This document shows, in pieces, positions 33,434 through 42,460 of a DNA stretch of 64,000 nt. The notes below the pieces were generated by a model. It saw nothing but the letters and a program-made list of their open reading frames with translations, ran no database searches and was not told the origin of the DNA. The DNA lies in the NCBI GenBank assembly GCA_001542995.1, contig LFLA01000024.1:68499-132498 (forward strand), given 5' to 3'. The position numbers and the translations under genes were made by a program. The stretch's first letter is position 1. Every line of letters begins with the position of its first letter. Source of the stretch: Nitrospina sp. LS_NOB. Lineage in GTDB: Bacteria > Nitrospinota > Nitrospinia > Nitrospinales > VA-1.

Positions 33434-34324
33434 TTAAAGCTCTTTCCAGGCACCAATAACGCGACCGACAATGGGGTCGGGATGTTCGTTGAGGTTGATG
33501 ATTTGTACCTGAGAATTGGGGTTGATAGGCCTGAGAATTAACAGGTTTTTTTGGGATTCCACATATTTTGCCGTTAAGCCCTCATCATAGAAGATGGCAA
33601 AGATGCGGTTTTTCAATAATTTTTTGTCGTCCCGGTCAATGACCACAATGTCGCCCGAGTGCAACATGGGCTCCATGGAATCCCCGTCTACCCGACTGGC
33701 CACCAGATTTTTCTTTTTGCCTGCCGCCCGTATATGAAGGAGAACATAATCCTCAATATTATTTTCCTGGATGATGGGTTGTCCGGCGGCGATGGAAGAG
33801 GCCGTGAGAGGAATGGAGATATAGTCTTCCCCTTTAATGGCTGGAGCTTCTGCGATGCTCCTGGGTTGATAAATTTTCAATTCCGGCACCTGCACTGGAA
33901 ACGTGTCCCCCTCCTTCAAAAACTCGTTCGGCGGAATATTCATTTTTTCTGCCAGGTCGTTGAGCAAATCAGGGGAGATGGACCAGTTTCCATTTTCGTA
34001 GTTTTGTAAAACCTGCGGAAAGAGAGAAACGCGCTTGCCCATTTCTTCAAGGGACCAGCCATTCTTTTTTCTCAAACGTTTGAGCTTTTTACCAATTCTC
34101 TGGTTAAGGGGAGAGGAAGAAGTGATGCCCGTAATCAGCCATCCCAGATCCAGCCTGAAATGCCTGGCGATTTTTTCCAGGGTTATAGAATCAGGAGGTC
34201 CATTGTTACGCCTATGGCTCTTCTTGAATTTTTCATAATTCAAGCCAACCTTTCGACAAAAATCGGCAAGGTTGTTGTTCCCCGGCAAAGACCCTATTCT
34301 TTCCCAAACCCGTGTTTTTGGCAT
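33434..34324 (-). CDS. CI/LexA-like repressor: two HTH domains plus S24 peptidase
   Basis: LDLGWLITG (CI-like HTH); second XRE HTH (LKRLRKKNGWSLEEMG..YENG); VDGDSMEP Ser and AKYV Lys dyad. Confidence 0.9.
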   Translation of the reverse strand: MPKTRVWERIGSLPGNNNLADFCRKVGLNYEKFKKSHRRNNGPPDSITLEKIARHFRLDLGWLITGITSSSPLNQRIGKKLKRLRKKNGWSLEEMGKRVSLFPQVLQNYENGNWSISPDLLNDLAEKMNIPPNEFLKEGDTFPVQVPELKIYQPRSIAEAPAIKGEDYISIPLTASSIAAGQPIIQENNIEDYVLLHIRAAGKKKNLVASRVDGDSMEPMLHSGDIVVIDRDDKKLLKNRIFAIFYDEGLTAKYVESQKNLLILRPINPNSQVQIINLNEHPDPIVGRVIGAWKEL

Positions 34325-34342
34325 GGCGGAGTGAAAAAGCTC

Positions 34343-34397
34343 TTGACATAAGAGGACAAATGTCCTATATTAAAAATAAGAAAAGGGAATAATGTCC
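34343..34397 (+). promoter_or_regulatory. Sigma70 promoter with overlapping palindromic operator, divergent from the repressor
   Basis: TTGACA (34343-48), 17-nt spacer, TATATT (34366-71); palindrome AGGACA-AA-TGTCCT at 34353-34366; 11/14 copy GGGAATAATGTCCT at 34384-34397. Confidence 0.7.
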
Positions 34398-34446
34398 TTA
34401 TCCCGAATTCGCTGTTTTTTTGTAATTTGCTCTTCGGCGAAACAGT

Positions 34447-34483
34447 CTCGCTTTTCTGCTTTATCGACTTACGCAAAGGTCTC
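34447..34483. repeat. Single end of the GAGACCTTTGCATAA MITE family
   Basis: ...TCGACTTACGCAAAGGTCTC matches the ends at 56232, 56536 and 63252. Confidence 0.6.
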
Positions 34484-34857
34484 TTTATTGGCAGTATTGC
34501 CTGGCTCTAATTCTGCTTTTCCACTGATTATACCATTTTGATCAGGTATTTTGAGAAGAGGGGAAATGAATAGATAAAATAATTCACTATTTATCAATTA
34601 ATTATAGCAACTACAAAATGGTTATTTTAATGTGCAAAATAGCCGAAACGAATGGCCCCCGGCTTTCCTGCGATATGGATTTGCCGGACAAAACTCAAAG
34701 GGTCAAGCTGGGGACTTGGGAATTATAACAATTCCTATCCGGACAATGCAATCGGTAAACGAAAATTATCCGGAAAATGATGGGAATGTGTTTGGTTGGG
34801 GGTTGGTTGAGATTTTTTCAGGTAGCGGGTCACTATTATTTATGAGGGGGGGGTACT

Positions 34858-35292
34858 GTGGAAAAGATACGGATAACACGTTCTTCTGCGGGTCATAACG
34901 CATCTGCCAGGAAAAGACTCAAACTTTGTTTGCCGGTTTCTTATGTATTGGAAAGCGGAGAAACTCTTCAAAGGGGTTGCGGTAGAAAGGGATTGTACGA
35001 AACCGATGTGGGTTGGCATTGCCTTTATTGTGGAAATTATTTATACCGTCGGGAACCTTCGCTTAAGGCACTGTGGTTTCATTTCAGGGTAGGACGTGAA
35101 TATTGGCGGACGATGTTCTCCCGGGATAAAGTTTTTATTAACGGTGTTCCCGTGACGGGTTTGCCAGATGGTTTGCCGCGCAGTCTTTTTGCCGATTTGC
35201 TCGAGCCCGATCCGCCTCCCTGGTTTTCCTATTTTATTTTTTATGATGGTCCTCAATTTCTAAAATACTTGGAGAATCACGAGCATGTCTGA
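34858..35292 (+). CDS. Hypothetical protein with C..HCxxC (possible zinc ribbon)
   Basis: 144-aa ORF overlapping the next gene; GC...WHCLYCG motif. Confidence 0.6.
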   Translation: MEKIRITRSSAGHNASARKRLKLCLPVSYVLESGETLQRGCGRKGLYETDVGWHCLYCGNYLYRREPSLKALWFHFRVGREYWRTMFSRDKVFINGVPVTGLPDGLPRSLFADLLEPDPPPWFSYFIFYDGPQFLKYLENHEHV

Positions 35293-35629
35293 ACCCTGCA
35301 AAACAAATGAAGGTATAGATTATGGATCGGAGAATGACTATCACTTGAGGTTTTTTCCTCCTGATGAGTTGGAAATTATCCGCAATGCCCAGAATTTCGG
35401 GGTTGAATATCAGGACTACCGTCCGCACTCAGAGTTTTCCTATTTAAAGGAAGGTTTCTTGAACCTTGAAGATATGGGATTGACGGACAGGCAGTTGATG
35501 GCTGTCTCATTGGTGTTTTATGGGAGGCTTAAGAAAAAACTCGCTGCGCGTATCATGAAGATCAGCAGCCAGGCCCTCTCCGACCACCTCAAGGCCGGCC
35601 TCAAAAAAATGACCTTTGTTTTGGGGTAA
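35285..35629 (+). CDS. Sigma-70 region-4-like HTH regulator
   Basis: LTDRQLMAVSLVFY...KKLAARIMKISSQALSDHLKAGLKKM resembles sigma70_r4 / LuxR-type HTH. Confidence 0.7.
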   Translation: MSEPCKTNEGIDYGSENDYHLRFFPPDELEIIRNAQNFGVEYQDYRPHSEFSYLKEGFLNLEDMGLTDRQLMAVSLVFYGRLKKKLAARIMKISSQALSDHLKAGLKKMTFVLG

Positions 35630-35676
35630 ACCCCCCCTATATTTGTCTCTTATTTACCATATAGCACAATGGAGGC

Positions 35677-35776
35677 TTGACAATTCATGGACTTTTTATA
35701 AAACTTCAATAGTATAGAGGGCGATATGGGCATTCTGCCCATCGATATTGATTCTGTTCTGGAATTGTTCTACAAT
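35677..35776 (+). promoter_or_regulatory. Shared promoter/leader element, copy 1
   Basis: TTGACA, then 51 nt on, GGGCATTCTGCCC..TATTGATTCTGTTCTGGAATTGTTCTACAAT; 45/49 identical to 53532-53580. Confidence 0.65.
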
Positions 35777-35941
35777 GCCCCATTCAACTTTATTTCAGGT
35801 TTTTCTACGGGTATCCAGAGAGGTGTCTTTTATTCCATTTTTTGTGGAAGTTTCTCTTGATGCGACGCACGCTATTATAGGGTTTAGAAAAGCCGATTTT
35901 TCGCCGTAATGTATTTATAATCTTAATCCGACAAGGCATAA

Positions 35942-36295
35942 ATGACCGATAAAACAAAACCCAAGCAAGAAGTTCACTTCAAGTACCAGAAAACTCATGG
36001 GTATAGAAACTTTCATGTAGATGGGATTTACGGGGGCCTCACTGGAAAGGGTTTCTTGCATATGGATTTCTTTGTTGAGAAACACCCTATACCGGATGAA
36101 GAGACCTACTCACTAGAGCAGAAGGGTTTCGAGCTCTCAGACAAAAAAAGCTCAGAATCAGTTATTAGGGAGGTTGAAGGAGGGCTTATGATGGATTATA
36201 ACATGATGAAGGCGATGAGAGCGTGGTTGGATGACAAGATCCAGCAATTTGAGAATACTTTTGTAGCCCCAAAGCAACCTACACAAAAACATTGA
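35942..36295 (+). CDS. DUF3467-like protein (candidate chaperone)
   Basis: YRNFHVDGIYGGLT..G.LHMDFFVE...VIREVEGGLMM.....MRAWL pattern. Confidence 0.7.
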   Translation: MTDKTKPKQEVHFKYQKTHGYRNFHVDGIYGGLTGKGFLHMDFFVEKHPIPDEETYSLEQKGFELSDKKSSESVIREVEGGLMMDYNMMKAMRAWLDDKIQQFENTFVAPKQPTQKH

Positions 36296-36302
36296 GGAAA
36301 CC

Positions 36303-36695
36303 ATGCCCCCAGCAACTCTCAATGACATAAACCTTGATGATGCTCAGCGTTGGAATGCCTTGCTACAACAAGCGGGGATAGCTGTGACCGCTCCCATCCC
36401 TGAAGTGGACAGTTTTTCACAAAGAGGCTTCCTTCTCCGAATTGAGGATTTGGGAGAAGGTATCATGCTAAGTGACCCCATAATGGTCACTGTAGAGTTT
36501 TCGCAGGACGGGCCCTCTGGGTATTACAAGCCTCTAAGCCTTCATACATTCAGTGATACCATTCCTGAAATAGAGCAAGAACTCAAGGGTGAAATCCTTG
36601 ACCTTTGGGACTGGCTTAAAGAAGCCGATGAATCAGAGTTAGGTCAAGAACCATTAGAATGGAAATCCCACCTTAAAGACATTATCTTGGCTTAA
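36303..36695 (+). CDS. HicB-like (partial RNase H fold) candidate antitoxin
   Basis: PIMVTVE..G...Y..L.L.TFSDT..E....L..EI.DLW..L..ELG pattern. Confidence 0.6.
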   Translation: MPPATLNDINLDDAQRWNALLQQAGIAVTAPIPEVDSFSQRGFLLRIEDLGEGIMLSDPIMVTVEFSQDGPSGYYKPLSLHTFSDTIPEIEQELKGEILDLWDWLKEADESELGQEPLEWKSHLKDIILA

Positions 36696-36701
36696 CGTAA
36701 T

Positions 36702-37019
36702 ATGGCGGAAAAGATAAAGCGTTTCCTTGAGTCAGAAATAAATTCTAAAATCAAGTCAAAGGTAAGCAAAGTCAGAATCCCCGGAAGAAAAAAGAGGGGT
36801 CCGCACCCCACATTTGCTATTTCACTAAATGGCAAGATAGTAGGGAAGGTTAAGGTTCCTAACGATCACGACAGGTTATTTTCCGAAGGGAAATCAGAAA
36901 AAATTGCCCAAGCCTTAAAGTTAACTTTCGAAGAATATAATAACCTGATCGAATGTTCCCTCACAGGCTCAGGATATTTTGAAATCCTTGCAACCAGGCT
37001 AAACCCTGCCCCAGCTTGA
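36702..37019 (+). CDS. HicA-like candidate toxin
   Basis: Basic protein; GPH..F....K..GKV.VP.H......IAQALKL...EY..LIECSL pattern. Confidence 0.6.
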   Translation: MAEKIKRFLESEINSKIKSKVSKVRIPGRKKRGPHPTFAISLNGKIVGKVKVPNDHDRLFSEGKSEKIAQALKLTFEEYNNLIECSLTGSGYFEILATRLNPAPA

Positions 37020-37150
37020 CAGATCCACTCCCCGTCGTGTAGCTCTCCTTTTATTTTCGTGCGTATAGTTAAGGTTACTAGATATTGTGGTTTTGCAAAT
37101 TGCCGCCCTCTGCGATAATATCCAGATTAAATTAATTGTGCTTGAGGATT

Positions 37151-37927
37151 ATGAAAATCATCGTTTGTGTTAAACAGGTTTTGGATACTGCCGCTCAAAT
37201 CCAGATTGAAAATGGAAGAGTGGTTTCCCCCGGGAGTTCCCGCATCATCAACCCCTACGATGAGTTTGCGATTGAAGAAGCGGTGCGCATTAAAGAAAAA
37301 AAACCGGATACCGAAATCACACTTTTATCGCTGGGGCCCGAGGGAGTTAAGGATTCCATTAAAAAAGCTCTTGCTATGGGTGCGGACAAGGCCGTGCATT
37401 TGATGGATGCTAAATTTGAAGGACTGGATTCTTATGCATTGGCCCAAGTTTTGGCCTGCGCGATTGAAAAAATTCCCTACGATTTAATTCTTTGCGGCAG
37501 GCAGGCTGTGGATGTGGATCGGGCCCAGACCGGCCCGGCCCTGGCTACTTTTCTCGATATTCCCTTCGTCACTGTGGTGACGGGGATTGAGTTCTCCGAC
37601 GACTTTCAAAATGCTAAAATCACCCGGCAGGTTGAAGGCGGCAGCGAAGTTCGCGAATTGCCGCTTCCCTTGCTGTTGACTTGCCAGAAGGGCCTGAATG
37701 AACCTCGCCTGCCCTCCCTCAAAGGCATAATGGCCGCTAAGAAAAAAGAAGTTTTAACGCTATCAGCCCTTGATGTTGAGACGCTTGACATTGGTGACAA
37801 CCGGGTGATTGAGGAAAATCTCTGCTTGCCCCCGGAGCGAAAAAAGGGAATAATTCTGCAAGGATCTGAAGAAGAAATAAGCGGCGAGCTGGTTCGCTTG
37901 CTGCGTGAAGAGGAAAAAATCATTTAA
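37151..37927 (+). CDS. etfB: Electron transfer flavoprotein beta subunit
   Basis: MKIIVCVKQV, INPYDEFAIEEA, CGRQAVD and NEPRLPSLKGIM motifs. Confidence 0.95.
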   Translation: MKIIVCVKQVLDTAAQIQIENGRVVSPGSSRIINPYDEFAIEEAVRIKEKKPDTEITLLSLGPEGVKDSIKKALAMGADKAVHLMDAKFEGLDSYALAQVLACAIEKIPYDLILCGRQAVDVDRAQTGPALATFLDIPFVTVVTGIEFSDDFQNAKITRQVEGGSEVRELPLPLLLTCQKGLNEPRLPSLKGIMAAKKKEVLTLSALDVETLDIGDNRVIEENLCLPPERKKGIILQGSEEEISGELVRLLREEEKII

Positions 37928-37944
37928 ATAAGAAAATATACCCT

Positions 37945-38130
37945 ATGAATGAAACTCCTGCCCCCGCGGACAGCGGACTAAAAAGCCTGGCACAGAAATA
38001 TAAAGGTCAGATTGGCATTGGTCTCCTGGTTCTATATGTTTTTCTTCTCGGACTGGGAACCATTGGCGAAATCTGGGAGGTTGAATGGATATTGGATCTT
38101 CCCCTGTTTCGCCCACCCGGAAAATCTTGA
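37945..38130 (+). CDS. Small single-pass membrane protein between etfB and etfA
   Basis: 61 aa; hydrophobic helix IGIGLLVLYVFLLGLGTIG. Confidence 0.55.
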   Translation: MNETPAPADSGLKSLAQKYKGQIGIGLLVLYVFLLGLGTIGEIWEVEWILDLPLFRPPGKS

Positions 38131-38254
38131 CCGTACTGTGATTTTAAATCCCATTAAATGCGCTAATTGGGCTATGCCCAAAATGGCAATTTTTATTTTT
38201 GTTCTGGCGCCTTGATGCCGGCCACCCTATTTATTTTTTGTTCCGGAGTTTTTT

Positions 38255-39238
38255 GTGAGTGTTGACTGTGTCCTAGCTGTGGTGATCGAGCATGACCAAG
38301 GTAAAACCAAACCAGTATCGTTAGAGGTTCTAAGCGCCGCCCGGAAACTGGCGGACCAGATCTCTGGAAAGGTCGTTGCCTTTTGCTTTTGCCATGCAGC
38401 AGATTTTGAGGTTGATCTTTTTATTCAACACGGCGCCGATGAAGTGCGTGTTCTCACCCATCCCGATCTGCAGCACTATGTCCATGAAAATTATGCTTTC
38501 GCTTTATTGCGGCAGCTGGAAAAATCTGAATTCGATTATCTATTGTTACCGGCGACCAATAACGGCAAGGAATTGTCAGCGGTTCTTTCGGCCCGGTTAG
38601 GGGTAGGGGTGGCGACAGACTGTATTTCCCTTTCTGTCAGCGGTGGTGAGGTGGAGGCGGTGCGGCCGGTTTCAGCTGGGAAGGCCCATTCCACTGTCCG
38701 CTTCAAGGGCAAGAAACCGCATATACTATCCCTCAGGCCGAATGTGTTTCGCGATCCTCCGCTTTCCCGGCAGGGTGACATTATTCAGGAAGAAATCGAA
38801 TTGCCGGAATTTTCCCAACGAGTCCGGGAACTGGTCAAACAGGTGGGTTCCCAATTAGATGTCACCGAAGCCCGGATTGTGGTATCGGGTGGACTGGGGA
38901 TGCAGGGGCCGGAAAATTTTAAACTGCTGGAAGACCTGGCAGAAGTCCTGGGTGGGGCGGTAGGGGCCAGTCGGCCTGTGGTGGATAATGGCTGGCGCGA
39001 CTATTCTAACCAGGTGGGCCAGACCGGGCGAACCGTTTCTCCGGACCTTTATTTCGCTTGTGGTATTTCTGGGGCGGTACAGCATTTAGCCGGCATGTCT
39101 TCGTCACGATGCATTGTGGCCATTAATTCTGACCCCAACGCCGCTATTTTTTCCGTTGCCGATTATGGGTTAGTTGGAGATGTGCTTAAGATCGTTCCTA
39201 TTCTTACCCGGGAATTTAAAAAGATTCTTGCTTCCTGA
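38255..39238 (+). CDS. etfA: Electron transfer flavoprotein alpha subunit
   Basis: LDVTEARIVVSGG, AVGASRP, QVGQTG, LYFACGISGAVQHLAGM and AINSDPNAAIF motifs. Confidence 0.95.
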   Translation: MSVDCVLAVVIEHDQGKTKPVSLEVLSAARKLADQISGKVVAFCFCHAADFEVDLFIQHGADEVRVLTHPDLQHYVHENYAFALLRQLEKSEFDYLLLPATNNGKELSAVLSARLGVGVATDCISLSVSGGEVEAVRPVSAGKAHSTVRFKGKKPHILSLRPNVFRDPPLSRQGDIIQEEIELPEFSQRVRELVKQVGSQLDVTEARIVVSGGLGMQGPENFKLLEDLAEVLGGAVGASRPVVDNGWRDYSNQVGQTGRTVSPDLYFACGISGAVQHLAGMSSSRCIVAINSDPNAAIFSVADYGLVGDVLKIVPILTREFKKILAS

Positions 39239-39253
39239 ACGCCATTTTGCCCC

Positions 39254-39898
39254 ATGCAAAGGCCTCCCATGCAAGGTACCATTGGACATATTTTGCAGGA
39301 CCCCCGGCTGGCTCTCGCTAGTGAGCTTTCTAGCCTCGTGGAGTCCCGGATTCAGCACTATCTGGATCTTTTGGTCAAGTGGAACCACAAAATAAATCTC
39401 ACCGCAGAAAAAGACCCTGAAAGCATCCTCAAAAGACATATATTCGACTCTCTGCAGTATTGCCGGGCACTCAAACCCGATTTTCGGACCATGGATATAG
39501 GCAGTGGTGCTGGTTTTCCCGGGATTCCTTTAAAAATCATTTTTCCTGAAATGCCATTGGTTTTGGTGGAAAGCCAGCGAAAACGCTGTAGTTTTCTGGA
39601 AACGGTCATCCGGGAGCTTGGGCTGGATCGGGCTGAAGTGATCAATGCCAGGGCGGAAGACATTCCGGCCCAACAGGAAGGTCAATTCGATGCAGTCGTA
39701 TTTCGCGCTGTATCAGGTGTAAACCCGTGTCTGGCCCTGGGTGAGAGGTTTTTGGTTGCTGGAGGCAGGTTGGTCCTGAAAAAGCCCCCCGACGAAACCC
39801 TGCCAGAATCCGAGCTTTCTTTAAAAGACGAGATCACCATAACCAGCTATCAGGGACTGGTCTCAAGCCTCTTGATTTATGAAAAATGTTCCACGTGA
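39254..39898 (+). CDS. rsmG: 16S rRNA G527 methyltransferase
   Basis: KWNHKINLT, HIFDSL, DIGSGAGFPGIPL and RAE..RAV motifs. Confidence 0.93.
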   Translation: MQRPPMQGTIGHILQDPRLALASELSSLVESRIQHYLDLLVKWNHKINLTAEKDPESILKRHIFDSLQYCRALKPDFRTMDIGSGAGFPGIPLKIIFPEMPLVLVESQRKRCSFLETVIRELGLDRAEVINARAEDIPAQQEGQFDAVVFRAVSGVNPCLALGERFLVAGGRLVLKKPPDETLPESELSLKDEITITSYQGLVSSLLIYEKCST

Positions 39899-39902
39899 AA
39901 CA
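39887..39902. promoter_or_regulatory. parS: parS site 1
   Basis: TGTTCCACGTGAAACA, one mismatch to consensus TGTTTCACGTGAAACA. Confidence 0.88.
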
Positions 39903-40073
39903 GTGGCGAACCGCCACAGGTGTGATAACTTACCTAAACATTCGCCCGCAGGGGTATAAATGGTAATAGCTTCACCATGCGGGCAAACGTTGTTTCGGTC
40001 TCACGCTTGGTCAAGCCGAGAAAAACTGTTGCTCACCAGAAAGAGCTATTGCTAGTCGGCCCCACGCAGTGGA

Positions 40074-40089
40074 TGTTTCACGTGGAACA
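40074..40089. promoter_or_regulatory. parS: parS site 2
   Basis: TGTTTCACGTGGAACA, upstream of parA. Confidence 0.88.
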
Positions 40090-40276
40090 CCCGCTCCAGC
40101 GGGAGGAAACTAATCAAGGGCTCAGCCAAAAAAAAGATTGTTTTCAGAGAGACTATTGCCAGTTGGGTCCAGCGTTTCGCTGGTGAAACAATGGTCCAAG
40201 AATCATTTATATATTGGCAAAGAATTGAAAATATGGTAATTTGAAGCGGTTGTCCGAACTGTTCTCAAGAGGTTTC

Positions 40277-41071
40277 ATGGGCAAAATCATAAGCATCGCA
40301 AATCAAAAAGGCGGGGTGGGCAAAACCACCACAGCCATCAATCTTTCCGCCTCTATAGCCCTTTCGGGCAAAAAAGTGTTGTTGATCGATATTGATCCCC
40401 AAGGCAACGCCTCCAGTGGATTGGGGATTGATGCCAATTCCCGGGGGGTTTATGAACTCTTGATGGGTGAGGCGAGTCAAAAGGAAGTCATTTGCTCCAC
40501 TGAAATTGAAACGCTGAAAATCATTCCTTCGAGGGTGGATCTTACCGGCGCTGAAATCGAGTTGGTATCCAGAGAAGCCCGGGAAAAAGTTTTGAAGACT
40601 GCGCTCAACGGTGTGCGCGAGGAGTTTGAGTTTGTGGTTATAGATTGTCCACCTTCTTTAGGTCTTTTGACTTTGAATGCCTTGGCTGTTTCCAACTCGG
40701 TGCTGATTCCCATGCAATGCGAATATTATGCTCTTCAGGGTTTGAGCCATTTGCTGAAAACTTTAAAGCTGATAAAAAAATCCATCAACCCGGATTTAAA
40801 AGTGGAAGGTATCTTGTTAACGATGTTTGATAGCAGAACCCTACTGGCGTCACAGGTGAAGGACCAGGTGCAAAAATATTTCAGCGACTTCCTGCTAAAA
40901 ACAATCATTCCAAGGAATGTGCGGTTGAGCGAGGCGCCCAGTCATGGCAAGCCGATCATGCTGTATGCCGGTCGCTCACGCGGCGCGGATTCTTATGTTG
41001 AACTGGCTAAAGAAATTATTTCCCGATCTAAAACCGATGAACGAACCTCACTTCCAGGCTCGGCGGCATGA
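40277..41071 (+). CDS. parA: Chromosome partitioning ATPase
   Basis: NQKGGVGKTT, DIDPQGNA, DCPPSLG and IPRNVRLSEAPSHG motifs. Confidence 0.96.
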   Translation: MGKIISIANQKGGVGKTTTAINLSASIALSGKKVLLIDIDPQGNASSGLGIDANSRGVYELLMGEASQKEVICSTEIETLKIIPSRVDLTGAEIELVSREAREKVLKTALNGVREEFEFVVIDCPPSLGLLTLNALAVSNSVLIPMQCEYYALQGLSHLLKTLKLIKKSINPDLKVEGILLTMFDSRTLLASQVKDQVQKYFSDFLLKTIIPRNVRLSEAPSHGKPIMLYAGRSRGADSYVELAKEIISRSKTDERTSLPGSAA

Positions 41072-41940
41072 ACCGAAAAGCATTAGGCAAAGGCATTAAC
41101 GCATTGATCCCGGACTTCGAAATGGGAGTTCCTGAGTCCGTCGAAAGAGGAACGAGCCTGGGAACGGAACTACTGATTGATGAAATTTCACCGAACCGGT
41201 TTCAACCGAGAAAATATTTCGATGATGACAAGCTGGAAGAACTGGTAACGTCCATTCGTGAAAATGGAATTCTGCAACCGGTGATTGTGCAAAAAGCCGA
41301 AACCGGTTATGAGTTGGTGGTGGGTGAAAGACGATGGCGGGCATCAAAAAAAGCAGGACTGAAAAAAATTCCCGCATTGATTCGCGAAGTCAGCGACAAT
41401 CAGGCTCTGGAATTGGCGATCGTTGAAAATATTCATCGTCAGGATCTCAACCCCATAGAAGAGGCGGAAGCTTATGCCCGCCTTTCCGATGAGTTTGCCC
41501 TGACTCAGGAAATGATCGCTAAAAAGGTAGGTAAAAGCCGGGCTACGGTTGCCAACATTTTGCGCCTTCTCAAGCTGTCCAGAAATATCAGGGAAGATTT
41601 AATTTCCGGCAGACTTTCCATGGGCCACGCCCGGGCTCTCCTGGGGCTGGACAATGCCGGACAAATGCAAGCTCTGCGTAAAGAAATTTTCAAACAGGAT
41701 CTTACGGTACGGCAAACAGAAAGCCGGGTGAACAGGTTAAAACAACCGGCGCTGACAAAACTCGTCCCTGCCAGTAAAAAAAATATTTTTATCAGGGACT
41801 TGGAAAAGGAGTTGGAGCGCAAGCTGGGGACCAAAGTTGAGATTAATCCAAGGAAAAAAGGTGGCAAACTGGTGGTGACTTATTACTCGGATGACGATCT
41901 GGATCGCATCCAGGAATTGATTGGTCAACAAAAACATTAA
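41068..41940 (+). CDS. parB: Chromosome partitioning protein ParB
   Basis: LGKGINALI, QPRKYF, GERRWRA and ENIHRQDLNPIEEA motifs. Confidence 0.96.
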   Translation: MNRKALGKGINALIPDFEMGVPESVERGTSLGTELLIDEISPNRFQPRKYFDDDKLEELVTSIRENGILQPVIVQKAETGYELVVGERRWRASKKAGLKKIPALIREVSDNQALELAIVENIHRQDLNPIEEAEAYARLSDEFALTQEMIAKKVGKSRATVANILRLLKLSRNIREDLISGRLSMGHARALLGLDNAGQMQALRKEIFKQDLTVRQTESRVNRLKQPALTKLVPASKKNIFIRDLEKELERKLGTKVEINPRKKGGKLVVTYYSDDDLDRIQELIGQQKH

Positions 41941-41978
41941 AACGGGACGGGTGGTTTCTCATGTGGAGAGAGAAAATT

Positions 41979-42386
41979 ATGAAAAAAGAAGACACGCAAA
42001 TTAAAGCCTATATGAGCGAAGACACGGTTTTTAACGGATCGTTATATTTTGACGGGACTGTTCGCATTGATGGCAAGTTTGAAGGCGCGGTCCACACCGA
42101 TGATACGCTGGTTGTCGGGGAGACGGGACATCTTGTCGCGGAAATTTCTGCGGGGACGGTTGTCTGCATGGGCCGTATAGAGGGAACCATCATTGCTTCC
42201 AAAAAGGTTGAGATTCATGCGAACAGCCGGGTGGTGGGAAATATTAAGTCCCCTGCTTTGTACATTGAGCTGGGAGGGGTATTGGACGGTTCCTGCGATA
42301 TGACGGGAAAAGAAAATAAAATCATACCTCTGGTAAAAACCGAAGAAAAAGAAAAGAAAGTTTCCGGCCAGTCCGCGAAAGGGTAA
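41979..42386 (+). CDS. Bactofilin (polymer-forming cytoskeletal protein)
   Basis: Beta-helix repeats VRIDGKFEG..VVGETG..VVGNI..GVLDGSC. Confidence 0.9.
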   Translation: MKKEDTQIKAYMSEDTVFNGSLYFDGTVRIDGKFEGAVHTDDTLVVGETGHLVAEISAGTVVCMGRIEGTIIASKKVEIHANSRVVGNIKSPALYIELGGVLDGSCDMTGKENKIIPLVKTEEKEKKVSGQSAKG

Positions 42387-42460
42387 CTGAAAATCGGTCC
42401 TGATTTTCCGCACGAAGAGTTGAGTTTTTCAAAACCGGAGACTAAAATAAATATTCAATC

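Noticed and set aside
33356-33541. 61-aa ORF at the end of the particle operon
   Set aside because: It overlaps the repressor's 3' end on the opposite strand by more than 100 nt and has no clear RBS; not supported as a gene.
15515-35629. Complete inducible prophage
   Set aside because: No integrase, transposase, excisionase, att repeats, replication genes or endolysin within or flanking the cluster; host REPs interspersed. A split or defective prophage cannot be fully excluded.
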